A stretch of 64,000 nt of DNA from an uncultured delta proteobacterium (lineage in GTDB: Bacteria; Desulfobacterota; Zymogenia; Zymogenales; Zymogenaceae), in NCBI GenBank assembly GCA_963735595.1, contig CAVTLK010000005.1:608001-672000 (forward strand), read 5' to 3'. A program made the translations under genes and the position numbers. Shown piece by piece: positions 20,875 to 31,051 of the stretch (its first letter is position 1; the number at the start of each line of letters is the position of its first letter). The notes under the pieces are model-generated. The model worked only from the letters and a program-made list of their open reading frames with translations, was not told the origin of the DNA and ran no database searches.

Positions 20875-21840
20875 ATGGATACGGTACAAGAAGGAAAAGA
20901 CGTCCTTGCCATTGAGCGGGACGCCGTCGGCAGCCTCATAGACCGCCTCGGGGATGAATTCGTCCGGGCGGTGGATTTGCTGTCAGGCGTCAAGGGCCGC
21001 ATTATCATCACGGGGATAGGCAAGTCGGGCATCGTGGCGCGGAAGATAGCCGCCACCCTCTCCTCTACCGGGAGCCCGGCGGTCTTTCTCAACTCGGCCG
21101 AGGGGCTCCACGGTGATATTGGGGTGGTCACCGCTGACGACCTGGTGCTTGCCCTCTCCTACAGCGGCACCAGCGAGGAAGTGTTGAAGCTCATCCCCTA
21201 TTTTCGCTGGATGAAGGTACCCATCATCGCGATGACCGGGGCGGTGAAGTCCACGCTGGCTCAGCAGGCTGATGTTGTCCTGGACATCCGGGTCGATAAG
21301 GAGGCCTGCCCCTGGGATATCGTTCCCACCGCCTCCACCACGGCGGCCCTTGCGCTCGGGGACGCCCTGGCGGTAACACTCATCAAGAAAAAGGGGATCG
21401 ACCTGTCCGATTTTGCGCATCGGCATCCCGGCGGGGCCATCGGCAGGCAGATACTGTTGTCGGTGGCCGATCTTATGCACGGGGGCGACCGGTGCCCGAA
21501 AGTGGGCGAGACGATCCTCCTGAAAGAAGCTATCTACGAGATGACGAGCAAGGGGCTGGGCATGGCCACCGTGACCGGCAAGGACGGCGCGCTCGTCGGC
21601 GTTATTACCGACGGCGATCTCAGGAGGGTATTCCAGAAATACGATAACCCCCTCATGATGGAGGTCGGCGAGCTCATGGGGAGAAACCCAAAGACCATCA
21701 AGGCCGATAAGCTGGCGGCGGAGGCTCTCAGGGTGCTGGAGGATCACGCCATTACGTCGCTGGTCATCATCGATGACGGCAATCGTCCGGTGGGGGTCAT
21801 CCACATTCACGACATCCTTAAGGTGGGCATAACGCTGTGA
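20875..21840 (+). CDS. kdsD: KpsF/GutQ arabinose-5-phosphate isomerase (SIS + CBS pair)
   Basis: GIGKSG, HGDIG, PTASTT, HPGG, ITDGDLRR. Confidence 0.92.
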   Translation: MDTVQEGKDVLAIERDAVGSLIDRLGDEFVRAVDLLSGVKGRIIITGIGKSGIVARKIAATLSSTGSPAVFLNSAEGLHGDIGVVTADDLVLALSYSGTSEEVLKLIPYFRWMKVPIIAMTGAVKSTLAQQADVVLDIRVDKEACPWDIVPTASTTAALALGDALAVTLIKKKGIDLSDFAHRHPGGAIGRQILLSVADLMHGGDRCPKVGETILLKEAIYEMTSKGLGMATVTGKDGALVGVITDGDLRRVFQKYDNPLMMEVGELMGRNPKTIKADKLAAEALRVLEDHAITSLVIIDDGNRPVGVIHIHDILKVGITL

Positions 21841-22820
21841 AGACGATCCTGGTTGTCGGCGGGGCGGGCTACATCGGGAGCCACGCGGTAAAAGCCCTCA
21901 TGGCGGAGGGCTATCACCCGGTCGTGCTGGATAACCTCTCCCGCGGCCACCGGGACGCGGTGCTCTGTCCAGATTTCATCCAGGCAGACCTGGCCGACGG
22001 CACAGCCCTCGCCCGCGCCTTTATCGATTACCGGGTCGATGCCGTTATGCACTTTGCCGCGTTGACCTACGTCGGGGAATCGGTGGAGGATCCCGCCAGG
22101 TACTACAACAACAACGTCGTGGGATGTATCAACCTCCTTTCTGCCATGCGGGAGGCCGGTACCGACAAGGTCATATTCTCTTCCACGGCCGCCGTCTATG
22201 GGAATCCCCGGGAGATTCCCATCACCGAAGATCACCCCCGTGACCCGATCAATCCCTACGGCATGACCAAGTACGTCATGGAACGGGCGATGGAGGACTA
22301 TTCGACCGCCTACGGGCTCAGGTTTGTGTCGCTTCGCTACTTCAACGCGGCCGGCGCCGATCCGGACGGCGAGCTGGGTGAGCGCCACGATCCCGAGACC
22401 CACCTGATCCCGGCGATACTCATGGCGGCCGGCGGCAGGCGCGACGAAATCGTCGTCTTCGGCGACGACTACCCGACGCCCGACGGCACGTGCGTCCGGG
22501 ACTATATTCACGTAACCGACCTGATAGACGCGCATCTGTGCGCCGTTGACCGGCTTTTTGCCGGAGGAGGCAACGGATACTACAACCTCGGCAGCCAGCG
22601 GGGACATTCGGTCAGGGAGGTCATCGAGGCCGTTCGGGCGGTGACCGGCCGCTCGTTTCCCGTCAGGATCGGACCCCGGCGGGCAGGAGACCCGCCGACG
22701 CTCGTCGCCTCTTCGCAGAGGGCGGCGGCCGAGCTCGGGTGGCGTCCCGCCCACACCGATCTCACGGACATGGTCGGGACCGCGTGGCGGTTCATGCTGA
22801 AGCGGGGAATGGTCGGATGA
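21837..22820 (+). CDS. galE: UDP-glucose 4-epimerase
   Basis: GGAGYIGSH, YGMTK, LRYFNAAGA, DGTCVRDYIHV. Confidence 0.95.
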   Translation: MKTILVVGGAGYIGSHAVKALMAEGYHPVVLDNLSRGHRDAVLCPDFIQADLADGTALARAFIDYRVDAVMHFAALTYVGESVEDPARYYNNNVVGCINLLSAMREAGTDKVIFSSTAAVYGNPREIPITEDHPRDPINPYGMTKYVMERAMEDYSTAYGLRFVSLRYFNAAGADPDGELGERHDPETHLIPAILMAAGGRRDEIVVFGDDYPTPDGTCVRDYIHVTDLIDAHLCAVDRLFAGGGNGYYNLGSQRGHSVREVIEAVRAVTGRSFPVRIGPRRAGDPPTLVASSQRAAAELGWRPAHTDLTDMVGTAWRFMLKRGMVG

Positions 22821-23521
22821 AGGTATGGGGGGTGGTTCCGGCCGCGGGCGCGGGCACACGGATGGGTACGGGGGAGCCCAAGCAATACCGGGAGGCGGCG
22901 GGGGCGCCGATCCTGATACATACGCTGAGGGCCCTGCTGGATTCGGGGGCCGTTGAGGGGATCACGGTGGCGGCCGCCGCCGACTGGATCGACCGCGCCC
23001 GGGAACTCGTGACCCGGTATCTGACAGATGCGGCGCCCGTTTCGGTCGTTGCGGGCGGGGCAACCCGGCAGCAGTCCGTCGGCCGGGCGCTGATGTCGCT
23101 GGCGGGTACGGGGATTGAGATCGTCGTAATCCACGACGCGGCGCGCCCCCTGGTGACGGGCCGGGCCGTTCGGGACGCCGTGGAGGCGGCCCGGCGGCAT
23201 GGGGCGGCGGTGGCGGCAGTCCCGGCGGCGGAGGCCTCCTGCCTGACACGGGACGGCCTGGTTGCCGAATATATCGACCGCGGCCGCCACGTCATCATCC
23301 AGACGCCGCAGGCCTTTCGCTACGACCTGATCATGAAGGCCCACGAACGGGCCGCGGCAGACGGGATAACCGACGCCGTGGACGATGGGACGTTAGTCTT
23401 CCGGCTCGGCGAACCGGTGGCGGTTACCGACGGAGACCCGGATAACATAAAAGTCACCTACCTGACGGACGCCCTGAGACTCGAGAGAATAGGGGTGCCG
23501 GCCGACAGGGACGGCGCGTGA
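22817..23521 (+). CDS. ispD: 2-C-methyl-D-erythritol 4-phosphate cytidylyltransferase
   Basis: PAAGAGTRM..PKQY, IHDAARP, QTPQAF, NIKVT. Confidence 0.9.
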   Translation: MKVWGVVPAAGAGTRMGTGEPKQYREAAGAPILIHTLRALLDSGAVEGITVAAAADWIDRARELVTRYLTDAAPVSVVAGGATRQQSVGRALMSLAGTGIEIVVIHDAARPLVTGRAVRDAVEAARRHGAAVAAVPAAEASCLTRDGLVAEYIDRGRHVIIQTPQAFRYDLIMKAHERAAADGITDAVDDGTLVFRLGEPVAVTDGDPDNIKVTYLTDALRLERIGVPADRDGA

Positions 23522-23674
23522 TTGCGCCACGTGTCCCGTTTCCGGGCCGGGGACATGAAACGGCTGCCCGACCGGAAATCCCGTCTCCCTCACCTATCCA
23601 CATCCGAGGGTAATCCACCGAGTTGGAGGTAACCGGAGATGTACGGCCGCGGCCGCATGGGTGGTCCGGCGGTC

Positions 23675-24724
23675 CTACCGCTTTCGCTTTCCAAAGGCCT
23701 CCTCAAAAAACTGCGCCGCACCCCGGGCCGAATCCTCGGGCCTGATAATCGTCAGGACCTCGTGGTGGAGCAGCTCGAAGTAATTTACGTCGCTAGCGCC
23801 GACGGGCGGCAGGAGGGTTCGCGGAACGATCCGTGCATGGGTGGGGAACGCGGGGTCGTCGGTAGGGGCCGAAAACAGGGCCATGTTGAAGCTCGCAAAG
23901 TTCAGGGAGGCCAGGTACCGCAGGACGGTCGCCATACCGAGTGCGAAGGTCTTGAAGCCCGACTCATCGGTTCGGGTGATCGGGCCGCCGTCGGTAAAGA
24001 TCGCCAGGAACTCGGTGATGCCCAGGGGGGCAAACGATGAGAGCCAGACGATGTCTCCGGTCCGGGCGATGAAACGCTCCGCGTTATGCTCTTCGCGCTC
24101 GATCAGGTCGTCGAAATAGCCGGTGCCGTGTGTTAGTTTGTACTCGCGGAAGCTGCCGGCGTGTTCGCGCTGGTAATAGGTGGGGACGTCTCCCGCGATC
24201 AACTGGATGTGGGGGTGCAGGATGCTTCCCCCCGCAGACGGCATATAGTTCATGTTGATCGAAAGATACGCGCACCGGGGGTCCAGCGCGTTGATCCTCG
24301 CGAGGTATTCACGGCCCGCCAGCAATCCGTCCTCGAGCTCGCGGACGTCGAAGGCATCCATTTTTACGTAGTGACCCTCCGTTACGACGGCCACCGCGCT
24401 GTGGGCGTCGTAGGGGAAGGCGTTGGGAAATACAACGGCGCTGCCCCGGACAAGTCTCCCCTCGGGGGCGATGTCTTCGAGAAACCGCGGCGTTTTCTCA
24501 AACACCGCCGGCCTGCAGAATGGACAAAACTGCCTGGTTAACTCGGCAAGCTGGCTCTGGTCGGGCGGCGGAGGAAGGGTCACGGGAAAGTAGATGATCC
24601 GCGACGACCTGCCCGTCAGGGGATCGATCCTGATCTCGGTAGGCCGCCGGGTTTTCTGGAAATTATTGAAGGGATCGTAGAAGACCGCGTTTTTGGTAAT
24701 CGATCGAAATTCGATAGGTTTCAT
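23675..24724 (-). CDS. Galactose-1-phosphate uridylyltransferase-like (HIT/GalT family)
   Basis: EIRIDPLTG, CPFC, FPNAFPY, GGSILHPHIQ. Confidence 0.8.
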   Translation of the reverse strand: MKPIEFRSITKNAVFYDPFNNFQKTRRPTEIRIDPLTGRSSRIIYFPVTLPPPPDQSQLAELTRQFCPFCRPAVFEKTPRFLEDIAPEGRLVRGSAVVFPNAFPYDAHSAVAVVTEGHYVKMDAFDVRELEDGLLAGREYLARINALDPRCAYLSINMNYMPSAGGSILHPHIQLIAGDVPTYYQREHAGSFREYKLTHGTGYFDDLIEREEHNAERFIARTGDIVWLSSFAPLGITEFLAIFTDGGPITRTDESGFKTFALGMATVLRYLASLNFASFNMALFSAPTDDPAFPTHARIVPRTLLPPVGASDVNYFELLHHEVLTIIRPEDSARGAAQFFEEAFGKRKR

Positions 24725-24727
24725 GGG

Positions 24728-25366
24728 TCAACCTCTCTTGCCGGAGTCGGACGTCTTCTTCTTTTTATGCCGCGCCGCGGCCACCATGACGACGATATAG
24801 AGGATAAGTGCTGCGCTGATGAAGACGAAGACGACCGTGGAATAGACCTGAACGAAGTGCTTCATCTTCTCCCACTGCTGCCCGAGGCGGTAACCGAGAT
24901 AGAATATCCCCACATTCCATGCCGTGATCGATATCAGGCTGTAAACGGCCACCGTGAGCAGCGGCATCCGGGCGATGCCGGCGGCAACGAAAAAGAAGGG
25001 CCGGAATCCGGGAGCGAACCGATTTAGCGCGATAATGATTCCCCCCCACCGGGCAAACCGGTTTTCGAGGGCGCGCACCTTATCGGCGGAGAAGAAAGGG
25101 AAATCCTTCTTGATAAAGTAGTCCCTTCCCTTGGTCTTGCCCAGGGCATAGATGCCCAGCGACCCGACGAGGCTGCCGAGCGAGCCCGTCAGAAAAACCA
25201 GCCAGATTGGCAGGATGTCGCGCCCGGCAAGGAAGGCGCCGAAGAGGAAGACCGTATCGCCGGGAAACGGTGGGAAGACATATTCGATGATGGAGCCGAG
25301 AAAGAGGACGATAACGGCGATTGGGAGTGCCTGGGTTTGAAGCAGGTGGATAAACAGCTGTTCCAT
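24728..25366 (-). CDS. DedA family membrane protein
   Basis: IEYVFPPFPGD, NRFAPGFR. Confidence 0.88.
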   Translation of the reverse strand: MEQLFIHLLQTQALPIAVIVLFLGSIIEYVFPPFPGDTVFLFGAFLAGRDILPIWLVFLTGSLGSLVGSLGIYALGKTKGRDYFIKKDFPFFSADKVRALENRFARWGGIIIALNRFAPGFRPFFFVAAGIARMPLLTVAVYSLISITAWNVGIFYLGYRLGQQWEKMKHFVQVYSTVVFVFISAALILYIVVMVAAARHKKKKTSDSGKRG

Positions 25367-25578
25367 CGTTACCAAAAAGAGGTGCGTTATGCTTCGACCG
25401 TCGCGCCGCTGAAGCGGCAGGGCCGGGGTACGGCCTATAAAGTCAACGGCGCCCGCGATCGCGCGGCGCTCGACGCGCGACGCCATACGTGCCCGACACG
25501 ATAGCGCGTAATTCACGCGCTACCCCGCGAAACGCAGGGGCGCGGTGACGGGCCCGAGATAGTACGGGGAGGTGAACC

Positions 25579-26118
25579 CTACTTGGCCAGCGACAGGAAC
25601 TGCTTGACGCGCTCGTCGGAGTCCCAATATTCGGCCCCGACGGATTTATCGACGATCGTCCCGTCCTTATCGATGATGTAGGTGGTGGGGATTCCCGAGA
25701 TGAGGTATATATCCGCCACCTTCTGTTCGGGATCATGAAGGACGGTAAAGCTGTAATGGTTCGGTGAAATCATATTCCTGAGCTGCGTGGTTTCAAAGCC
25801 GTCGATACTCACCGCCAGAATGATAAAATCCTGTCCTTCCATTTCCCTGCTCAGGCGCTCGATAGAGGGCATCTCGGACCGACATGGAGGGCACCAGGTA
25901 GCCCAGAAATTGAGGAAGACGACCTGTCCCCGGTAATCGGAGAGCCGAACGCTTTTCCCGTCAACCGTGTTGAGAACGAAATCCGGCGCCGCCGCTCCTA
26001 CGGCCGCTTTGGTGCCGGTCTCGGCGGGTGCCCCCTGCCGCCCGCAGGAAAAGACGACGAACAAAATAACGAAAAAAATAACGGCTGAGACCGAAAAGGT
26101 CTTCCGTGTTCTATTCAT
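25579..26118 (-). CDS. TlpA/ResA thiol-disulfide oxidoreductase lipoprotein
   Basis: LNFWATWCPPCRSEMP, GIPTTYIID; lipobox-like VFSC. Confidence 0.92.
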   Translation of the reverse strand: MNRTRKTFSVSAVIFFVILFVVFSCGRQGAPAETGTKAAVGAAAPDFVLNTVDGKSVRLSDYRGQVVFLNFWATWCPPCRSEMPSIERLSREMEGQDFIILAVSIDGFETTQLRNMISPNHYSFTVLHDPEQKVADIYLISGIPTTYIIDKDGTIVDKSVGAEYWDSDERVKQFLSLAK

Positions 26119-26287
26119 GGCGATTCCTTTTTTTGAACCTTATTGATTTATATCATAAAGACAGGCGCTTCGCCACACATTTTTTTGAAGGCGTTTTTTG
26201 AAGACCACGGTGGTCGTTAAATGATTACGTATCAGGCGAAATAACGATCGATGTATCGAAAACAATAATTAAAATTTCCTAATAGGC

Positions 26288-26316
26288 TTGACAGTCATTT
26301 GTTTTTTTCTTATAGT
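26288..26316 (+). promoter_or_regulatory. Sigma70-type promoter for the M23 peptidase gene
   Basis: TTGACA-17 bp-TATAGT. Confidence 0.7.
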
Positions 26317-26395
26317 CTGTGGCACATATCATAAAATACTACTATCTTTCATGTAGCCATGTAGCATGTAAAGTTTCATCGGGCTGTTCGCTATC

Positions 26396-27295
26396 ATGAT
26401 TAAGAAGTCCTACTTTTCCATTATTATCGCCGGCGATCGTTCGGAACGCGCCCATATGTTCCGCACGATCACGCTCTCGAATATCACCCTCGTAATCCTC
26501 GGCCTCCTGTTTCTCGGAGGCGTTGTCGGATTCGGTTTCATGTTCCATGCCTATTTGAACACGTCCGTCAAGATCAGGGAGATTTCGGCCCTCCGGCAGG
26601 AAAACGGGTATCTCAGGGGCCAGCTCGATGAATTCGAGGACTCCTACGATCGGGTCTCGACGCGTCTGAAGTCGGTCAAGGAGATGGACGAAGAGCTGAG
26701 GACCTTGACCGCCGTAGAAGGGCCTAAGGAACAGGACGAGCTGTTTGGGATAGGCGGGCCGCAATACGAGGAGGTCTCCCTGAACGAGCTCGAACGGCGC
26801 CATGACGATCTTTCCGATCAGGTGCGCCAGGACCTTGACCGTCTGCTTGCCGAGTCCAAACGGCAGGAGGAGAGCTTCAACGAGCTGACGTGTATCCTGG
26901 AAGAACAGAGAAACATCATGGACTGCACGCCGGCCGTCTGGCCCACCAGGGGATTTCTCACCTCAAAGTTCGGCATGCGCTGGGGCAGGCTCCACGCCGG
27001 CATAGACATCGCCAACAAGGTCGGCACCATCATCACGGCCCCGGCCGACGGCGTCGTGATCTTTATCGGCATCAAGCAGGGTTACGGCAATTTTATGAGC
27101 ATCGGCCACGGCTACGGGATCAGCACCCACTACGGCCACCTCTATACCGCCCTGGTGAAGGTGGGCGATAAGGTCAAGCGGGGCGATAAGATTGCCACGA
27201 TCGGGAACACCGGCCGCACCACCGGCCCCCACCTCCATTACGAAGTGCTTCTCAACGGGTTGCACGTCGATCCCCTCTACTATATCCTGAACTGA
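26396..27295 (+). CDS. M23 family metallopeptidase with TM and coiled coil
   Basis: HAGIDIA, YGHL, TGRTTGPHLHYEV. Confidence 0.92.
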   Translation: MIKKSYFSIIIAGDRSERAHMFRTITLSNITLVILGLLFLGGVVGFGFMFHAYLNTSVKIREISALRQENGYLRGQLDEFEDSYDRVSTRLKSVKEMDEELRTLTAVEGPKEQDELFGIGGPQYEEVSLNELERRHDDLSDQVRQDLDRLLAESKRQEESFNELTCILEEQRNIMDCTPAVWPTRGFLTSKFGMRWGRLHAGIDIANKVGTIITAPADGVVIFIGIKQGYGNFMSIGHGYGISTHYGHLYTALVKVGDKVKRGDKIATIGNTGRTTGPHLHYEVLLNGLHVDPLYYILN

Positions 27296-27359
27296 TCAAA
27301 ATCCGCCGCGGCTAACCAGCCTCTTATTAATCCGTGGACCCTCGCAGAAGGGAGCTATA

Positions 27360-27779
27360 ATGAACCGAGATCATTTGCCGGGTATTACGGTTGCCTCAAT
27401 TGTTCTAATATTGTGTGTGCAGGTTTTAGGGGCGGGGACGCTCTATGGCCAGATCGAGGATATCTCGATGTGGCTTGAAAAGACGCATTTTGTCGCGGGA
27501 GAAACGATCGTCGTTCATTTCACTGCGCCGGAAGGCTTTTCCCCGAACTCCTGGATCGGTCTTATGCCAAAGGGCATCCCCCACGGCTACGAGGTGAGCA
27601 AGGATCAGTACGATGTCAGGGCGGATACGATCCAATACATGTATTTGGATGGGAAGACGTCGGGCGTTTTGGTCTTTATAGCTCCTCCGCAACCGGGGAT
27701 GTACGATTTCCGTATGTACGAGGGAAAACCCGGCTGGGAGGAGATGGGCTCGATGTCGTTCTTTATCGTTGCCCGCTGA
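27360..27779 (+). CDS. Hypothetical exported protein, small beta-rich domain
   Basis: Signal peptide-like N-terminus; SD upstream; SWIGL..YMY..SG.L.F.AP..PG.YDFR pattern. Confidence 0.6.
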   Translation: MNRDHLPGITVASIVLILCVQVLGAGTLYGQIEDISMWLEKTHFVAGETIVVHFTAPEGFSPNSWIGLMPKGIPHGYEVSKDQYDVRADTIQYMYLDGKTSGVLVFIAPPQPGMYDFRMYEGKPGWEEMGSMSFFIVAR

Positions 27780-27851
27780 CGGTAATCCCGCGCGAGGTCG
27801 GTTGCTTTATCCGCGAACCTTTGTTACTCTGCCCTCGTTTTTGTCTATTCT

Positions 27852-27881
27852 GGGGAGGGAGCGCTTGAGCGCTCCCTCCCC
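27852..27881. terminator. Perfect hairpin between convergent genes
   Basis: ggggagggagcgct-tg-agcgctccctcccc. Confidence 0.7.
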
Positions 27882-27920
27882 GGTTTATTTATGTTCCATT
27901 TCCGACGTGACCGCTCCCCA

Positions 27921-29210
27921 TCAGGCAGTCTCTTCCTCGATGATTTCGTGTTTTACCTTCTTGACGTCGGCAGCGTAGTGACGCGAGCCGATGAGAAAGA
28001 GGATTCCGGCGATAAGTCCGGCCGCAGGCGCGATAAAGAGCGCCATCTTGACCCCGTAGGCCCCGCCGCCGAGAGAGTCGGAGATCAACCCGATCCCCGC
28101 GGGCGCCCATCCGCCGCCCAAGAGGTAGATAACCAGGATGATCATCCCCCATGACATCCCCTTCATACCGGGCGTAACGACGTCCTGGGTGATGGTATGG
28201 ATGGAGGGAAGGCCCAGCATAAGGAATATCCCGAAGGCAAACATCAGGATCAACCCGATCCCGGACACATCCATTATCAGCGCGGGAACCAGCAGGGCCG
28301 CAGCGGTCAGGTCACCGACCACCGGCACGAGCATCCTGCCGCGCGGATTGGTCTTCTGCCAGAAATCGGCAAGGAACCCGCCGAGCGGCGAACCGATAAT
28401 AGCCATCAGGCTGATAATGCCCACCGTCATGCCCGCCTTGGCCTCGGTGATATTATGAGTCCGCATGAGGAACGTGGGCAGCCATACGAGGATGGAGACC
28501 GCCATGATATTGTGCATGGCGTGCCCGATGTAGAGCCACTTGAGCGTGGGGATCTTCCACAGGGAAACGAACGTGGCAAGAAATCCGGGCCTTTTGCCGG
28601 AAACAGGCGCCGATACGGTCCTATAGTCTTTCAGGAAAAACGAGGCGATCCCGAGGATGACACCGGGAACAGCGAAGACGTAAAAAGGAGTCCTCCATCC
28701 CCCGTAGTTGGCCGACAGATAGCCGCCGAGGATGTAGCCGAGGGCGGCGCCGAGCGGGACAAAGATATTGAAGATGCCCATCGCCCGTGCCCTCGATTCG
28801 GGGGGGTACGCCGCGGTGATCATCGCGGTGCCTCCCGCCGAAAAACCCGCCTCGCCGACGCCGACAATAATGCGGGGGGCAAAGACCCCCGCGAAGCTCC
28901 GGCCCAGTCCGGTTACGAAGGTGAAGACGCTCCAGATCACGGCCATGATGGCGACTGCTTTTCGACGGCTCCATCTATCGATTAGGAATGCAATGGGGAG
29001 GGAGAAGAATGAGATGCTTAAAAGGAAGATCGTATGGAGCGCCCCGGCCTGTGTGTCGGAAAGGCCGAGATCGATGCGCATCGGTTCGAGAACCGCAGAC
29101 ATCACCTGTCTGTCCATGAAATTGATCATCCAGAGGAGGGAAAGGACGATGAGAATACTATGTGCGCTCATCCCCCCCATCGGATACTCTTTCGTTTTCG
29201 CTTTTGCCAT
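27921..29210 (-). CDS. MFS transporter, spinster-like
   Basis: INFMDRQ, DRWSRRK, RIIVGVGEA; about 12 TM segments. Confidence 0.88.
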   Translation of the reverse strand: MAKAKTKEYPMGGMSAHSILIVLSLLWMINFMDRQVMSAVLEPMRIDLGLSDTQAGALHTIFLLSISFFSLPIAFLIDRWSRRKAVAIMAVIWSVFTFVTGLGRSFAGVFAPRIIVGVGEAGFSAGGTAMITAAYPPESRARAMGIFNIFVPLGAALGYILGGYLSANYGGWRTPFYVFAVPGVILGIASFFLKDYRTVSAPVSGKRPGFLATFVSLWKIPTLKWLYIGHAMHNIMAVSILVWLPTFLMRTHNITEAKAGMTVGIISLMAIIGSPLGGFLADFWQKTNPRGRMLVPVVGDLTAAALLVPALIMDVSGIGLILMFAFGIFLMLGLPSIHTITQDVVTPGMKGMSWGMIILVIYLLGGGWAPAGIGLISDSLGGGAYGVKMALFIAPAAGLIAGILFLIGSRHYAADVKKVKHEIIEEETA

Positions 29211-29504
29211 TGGTTACTCCTGTACCATAGTTATTTACGTACCTCCCAAACGTCTCCGTCGGTTACTTATGCACGAAAGGGCCCTTCCACCAATCTAATT
29301 TGAGAAGGGCCTCGTAACTGCCGGTACGGTGCGCTGTGCCCGATCAGGCACAAAATGCCATGGCCGGTGAAATACGGCCGAGTGTCGCGGAGGGCGGGCT
29401 CAGAGGGAAACTACCGCCGTGGCGCTATTCTATGGACCGTAATATGCGGAGGAGAGAGCGGCACAACGGGGCGATGATGGATTATCGGGGAGCAAACGAA
29501 GCGC

Positions 29505-30092
29505 TTATCGTTTTGCCGCCTTGATGCATTCGGCTGATATCGCGTCAAGCGTCGCAATAACGTTCTTCCCGGTGAGGGCAACGGTGGAAAAATCGGGGCG
29601 CCCGCCCGCGTTCAGGGCGGCGCGGAGCTTCTCGATGGGCTCGGCGTCCGGAAGGTCGCACTTGTTGTACTGGATGACCGTGGGAAAGGTAGCGGGGTCT
29701 TTGTCGTAGTGGGTGAGGATGGTCTTGAGGTCTTCCAGCGATTCCATGTTTTCGGCCATCTTGTTGGCCTGGGAATCGGCTACAAATACGACACCGTCGG
29801 CTCCTTTCATAACAAGCCTGCGCGTCTCCCCATACGTGACCTGGCCGGGAACGGTGAAAAGCTCGTAGCGGACCTTCACGTTGCTGCCGTGGACTTTCGC
29901 GGTGGTCGAAAGGTCGAAGAAATCGAAGAAGAGGGTCCGGTCGTCCTTCGTATTGATGGACATGAACTGACCCTTGGTATCCGGGCTCAGCTGGGCGTAG
30001 ATAGCACGCAGCGTCGTGGTCTTGCCGCCGAGGCTCGGCCCAAAGAAGACGATCTTGATGATCATCTCTTTCTTGTCGAAATTAAATCGCAT
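29505..30092 (-). CDS. mglA: MglA-like small GTPase
   Basis: KIVFFGPSLGGKTT, DRTLFFDF, TVPGQ, GADGVVFVADSQ, QYNKCDLP. Confidence 0.85.
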   Translation of the reverse strand: MRFNFDKKEMIIKIVFFGPSLGGKTTTLRAIYAQLSPDTKGQFMSINTKDDRTLFFDFFDLSTTAKVHGSNVKVRYELFTVPGQVTYGETRRLVMKGADGVVFVADSQANKMAENMESLEDLKTILTHYDKDPATFPTVIQYNKCDLPDAEPIEKLRAALNAGGRPDFSTVALTGKNVIATLDAISAECIKAAKR

Positions 30093-30232
30093 GGCAACTA
30101 ATAAAAAATACCGATATTAAAAACTTATATACTATCCAGAATACTTTGTAAACAGCTATTTTGCTGCTCCGCTAAATATTTCGTATATGTGTTTGCGCCG
30201 CTGCAAGGATTTCCGACAAAAATTATTTCCGG

Positions 30233-30865
30233 TTACAGGAAGGGATTGTTTTCCCGCTCGTCGGCCAGGATCGATGTGGGGGTAGGGCCGTAGTTGTGGC
30301 CGGGCAGTATCACCGTATCGTCGGGAAGCGTCAAGATACGCTCTTTGATGGAGGCCATCATCGTCTTCATCGACCCGCCGGGGAGATCCGTCCTGCCGAC
30401 GCCGCCGACGAAAAGGGTATCGCCGGTAACGAGGTTTTTTGTGCCGTCGTACAGGCAGACGCTCCCGGGGGAATGGCCGGGCGTATGAATAACCTGAAGC
30501 GTAATGTCTCCGATCGGGATCGTATCGCCGTCCTTTACGGTCCGGTCGGCCGGGGGGGATGTCCTGCCGCCGATCATCGTGAGGAAGGCCTTGTTGGCAA
30601 GGCTCGAAAGCCACGACGCCTCGGCCTCGTGGATGATGATCGGGGCGCCCGTATGCTCCACGATATCGGCGTTGCCGGAGATATGGTCGGGATGGGCGTG
30701 AGTGTTTATGATGCAGTCTACCGCCAGGCCGAGGGACGCCGTTTCGGTGAGGATCCGATCGGTGTCGGCGGCGGGGTCCACGAGGGCGGCGCGCTTGGTT
30801 TTCTCGCATCCGATAATGTAACAGAAGACGGCAAGCCTGCCCACCTCAAGCTGTTTGACGATCAT
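30233..30865 (-). CDS. MBL-fold metallo-hydrolase (glyoxalase II-like)
   Basis: THAHPDH, TPGHSPG, TGDTLF, PGH. Confidence 0.9.
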   Translation of the reverse strand: MIVKQLEVGRLAVFCYIIGCEKTKRAALVDPAADTDRILTETASLGLAVDCIINTHAHPDHISGNADIVEHTGAPIIIHEAEASWLSSLANKAFLTMIGGRTSPPADRTVKDGDTIPIGDITLQVIHTPGHSPGSVCLYDGTKNLVTGDTLFVGGVGRTDLPGGSMKTMMASIKERILTLPDDTVILPGHNYGPTPTSILADERENNPFL

Positions 30866-31022
30866 TTTCTACCCCATCGAAGGACTGATATTCCGTCGGG
30901 AAATATCCCCCGACAAAAGGTGACGATGAGTATACCCTACGGGTCCTGGAATCGCAACGTATTTGTTGAACCGATCCGGGCCGGGCGACCAAAAAAGAGG
31001 ACCGGGATTCGGCCGCATCGTC

Positions 31023-31051
31023 TTGACAGGGGAACGGCGAGGCGGTACTAT
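31023..31051 (+). promoter_or_regulatory. Sigma70-type promoter
   Basis: TTGACA-17 bp-TACTAT. Confidence 0.65.

Noticed and set aside
26350..26371. Three CATGTA repeats downstream of the M23 promoter
   Set aside because: Too short and irregularly spaced to support a binding-site claim
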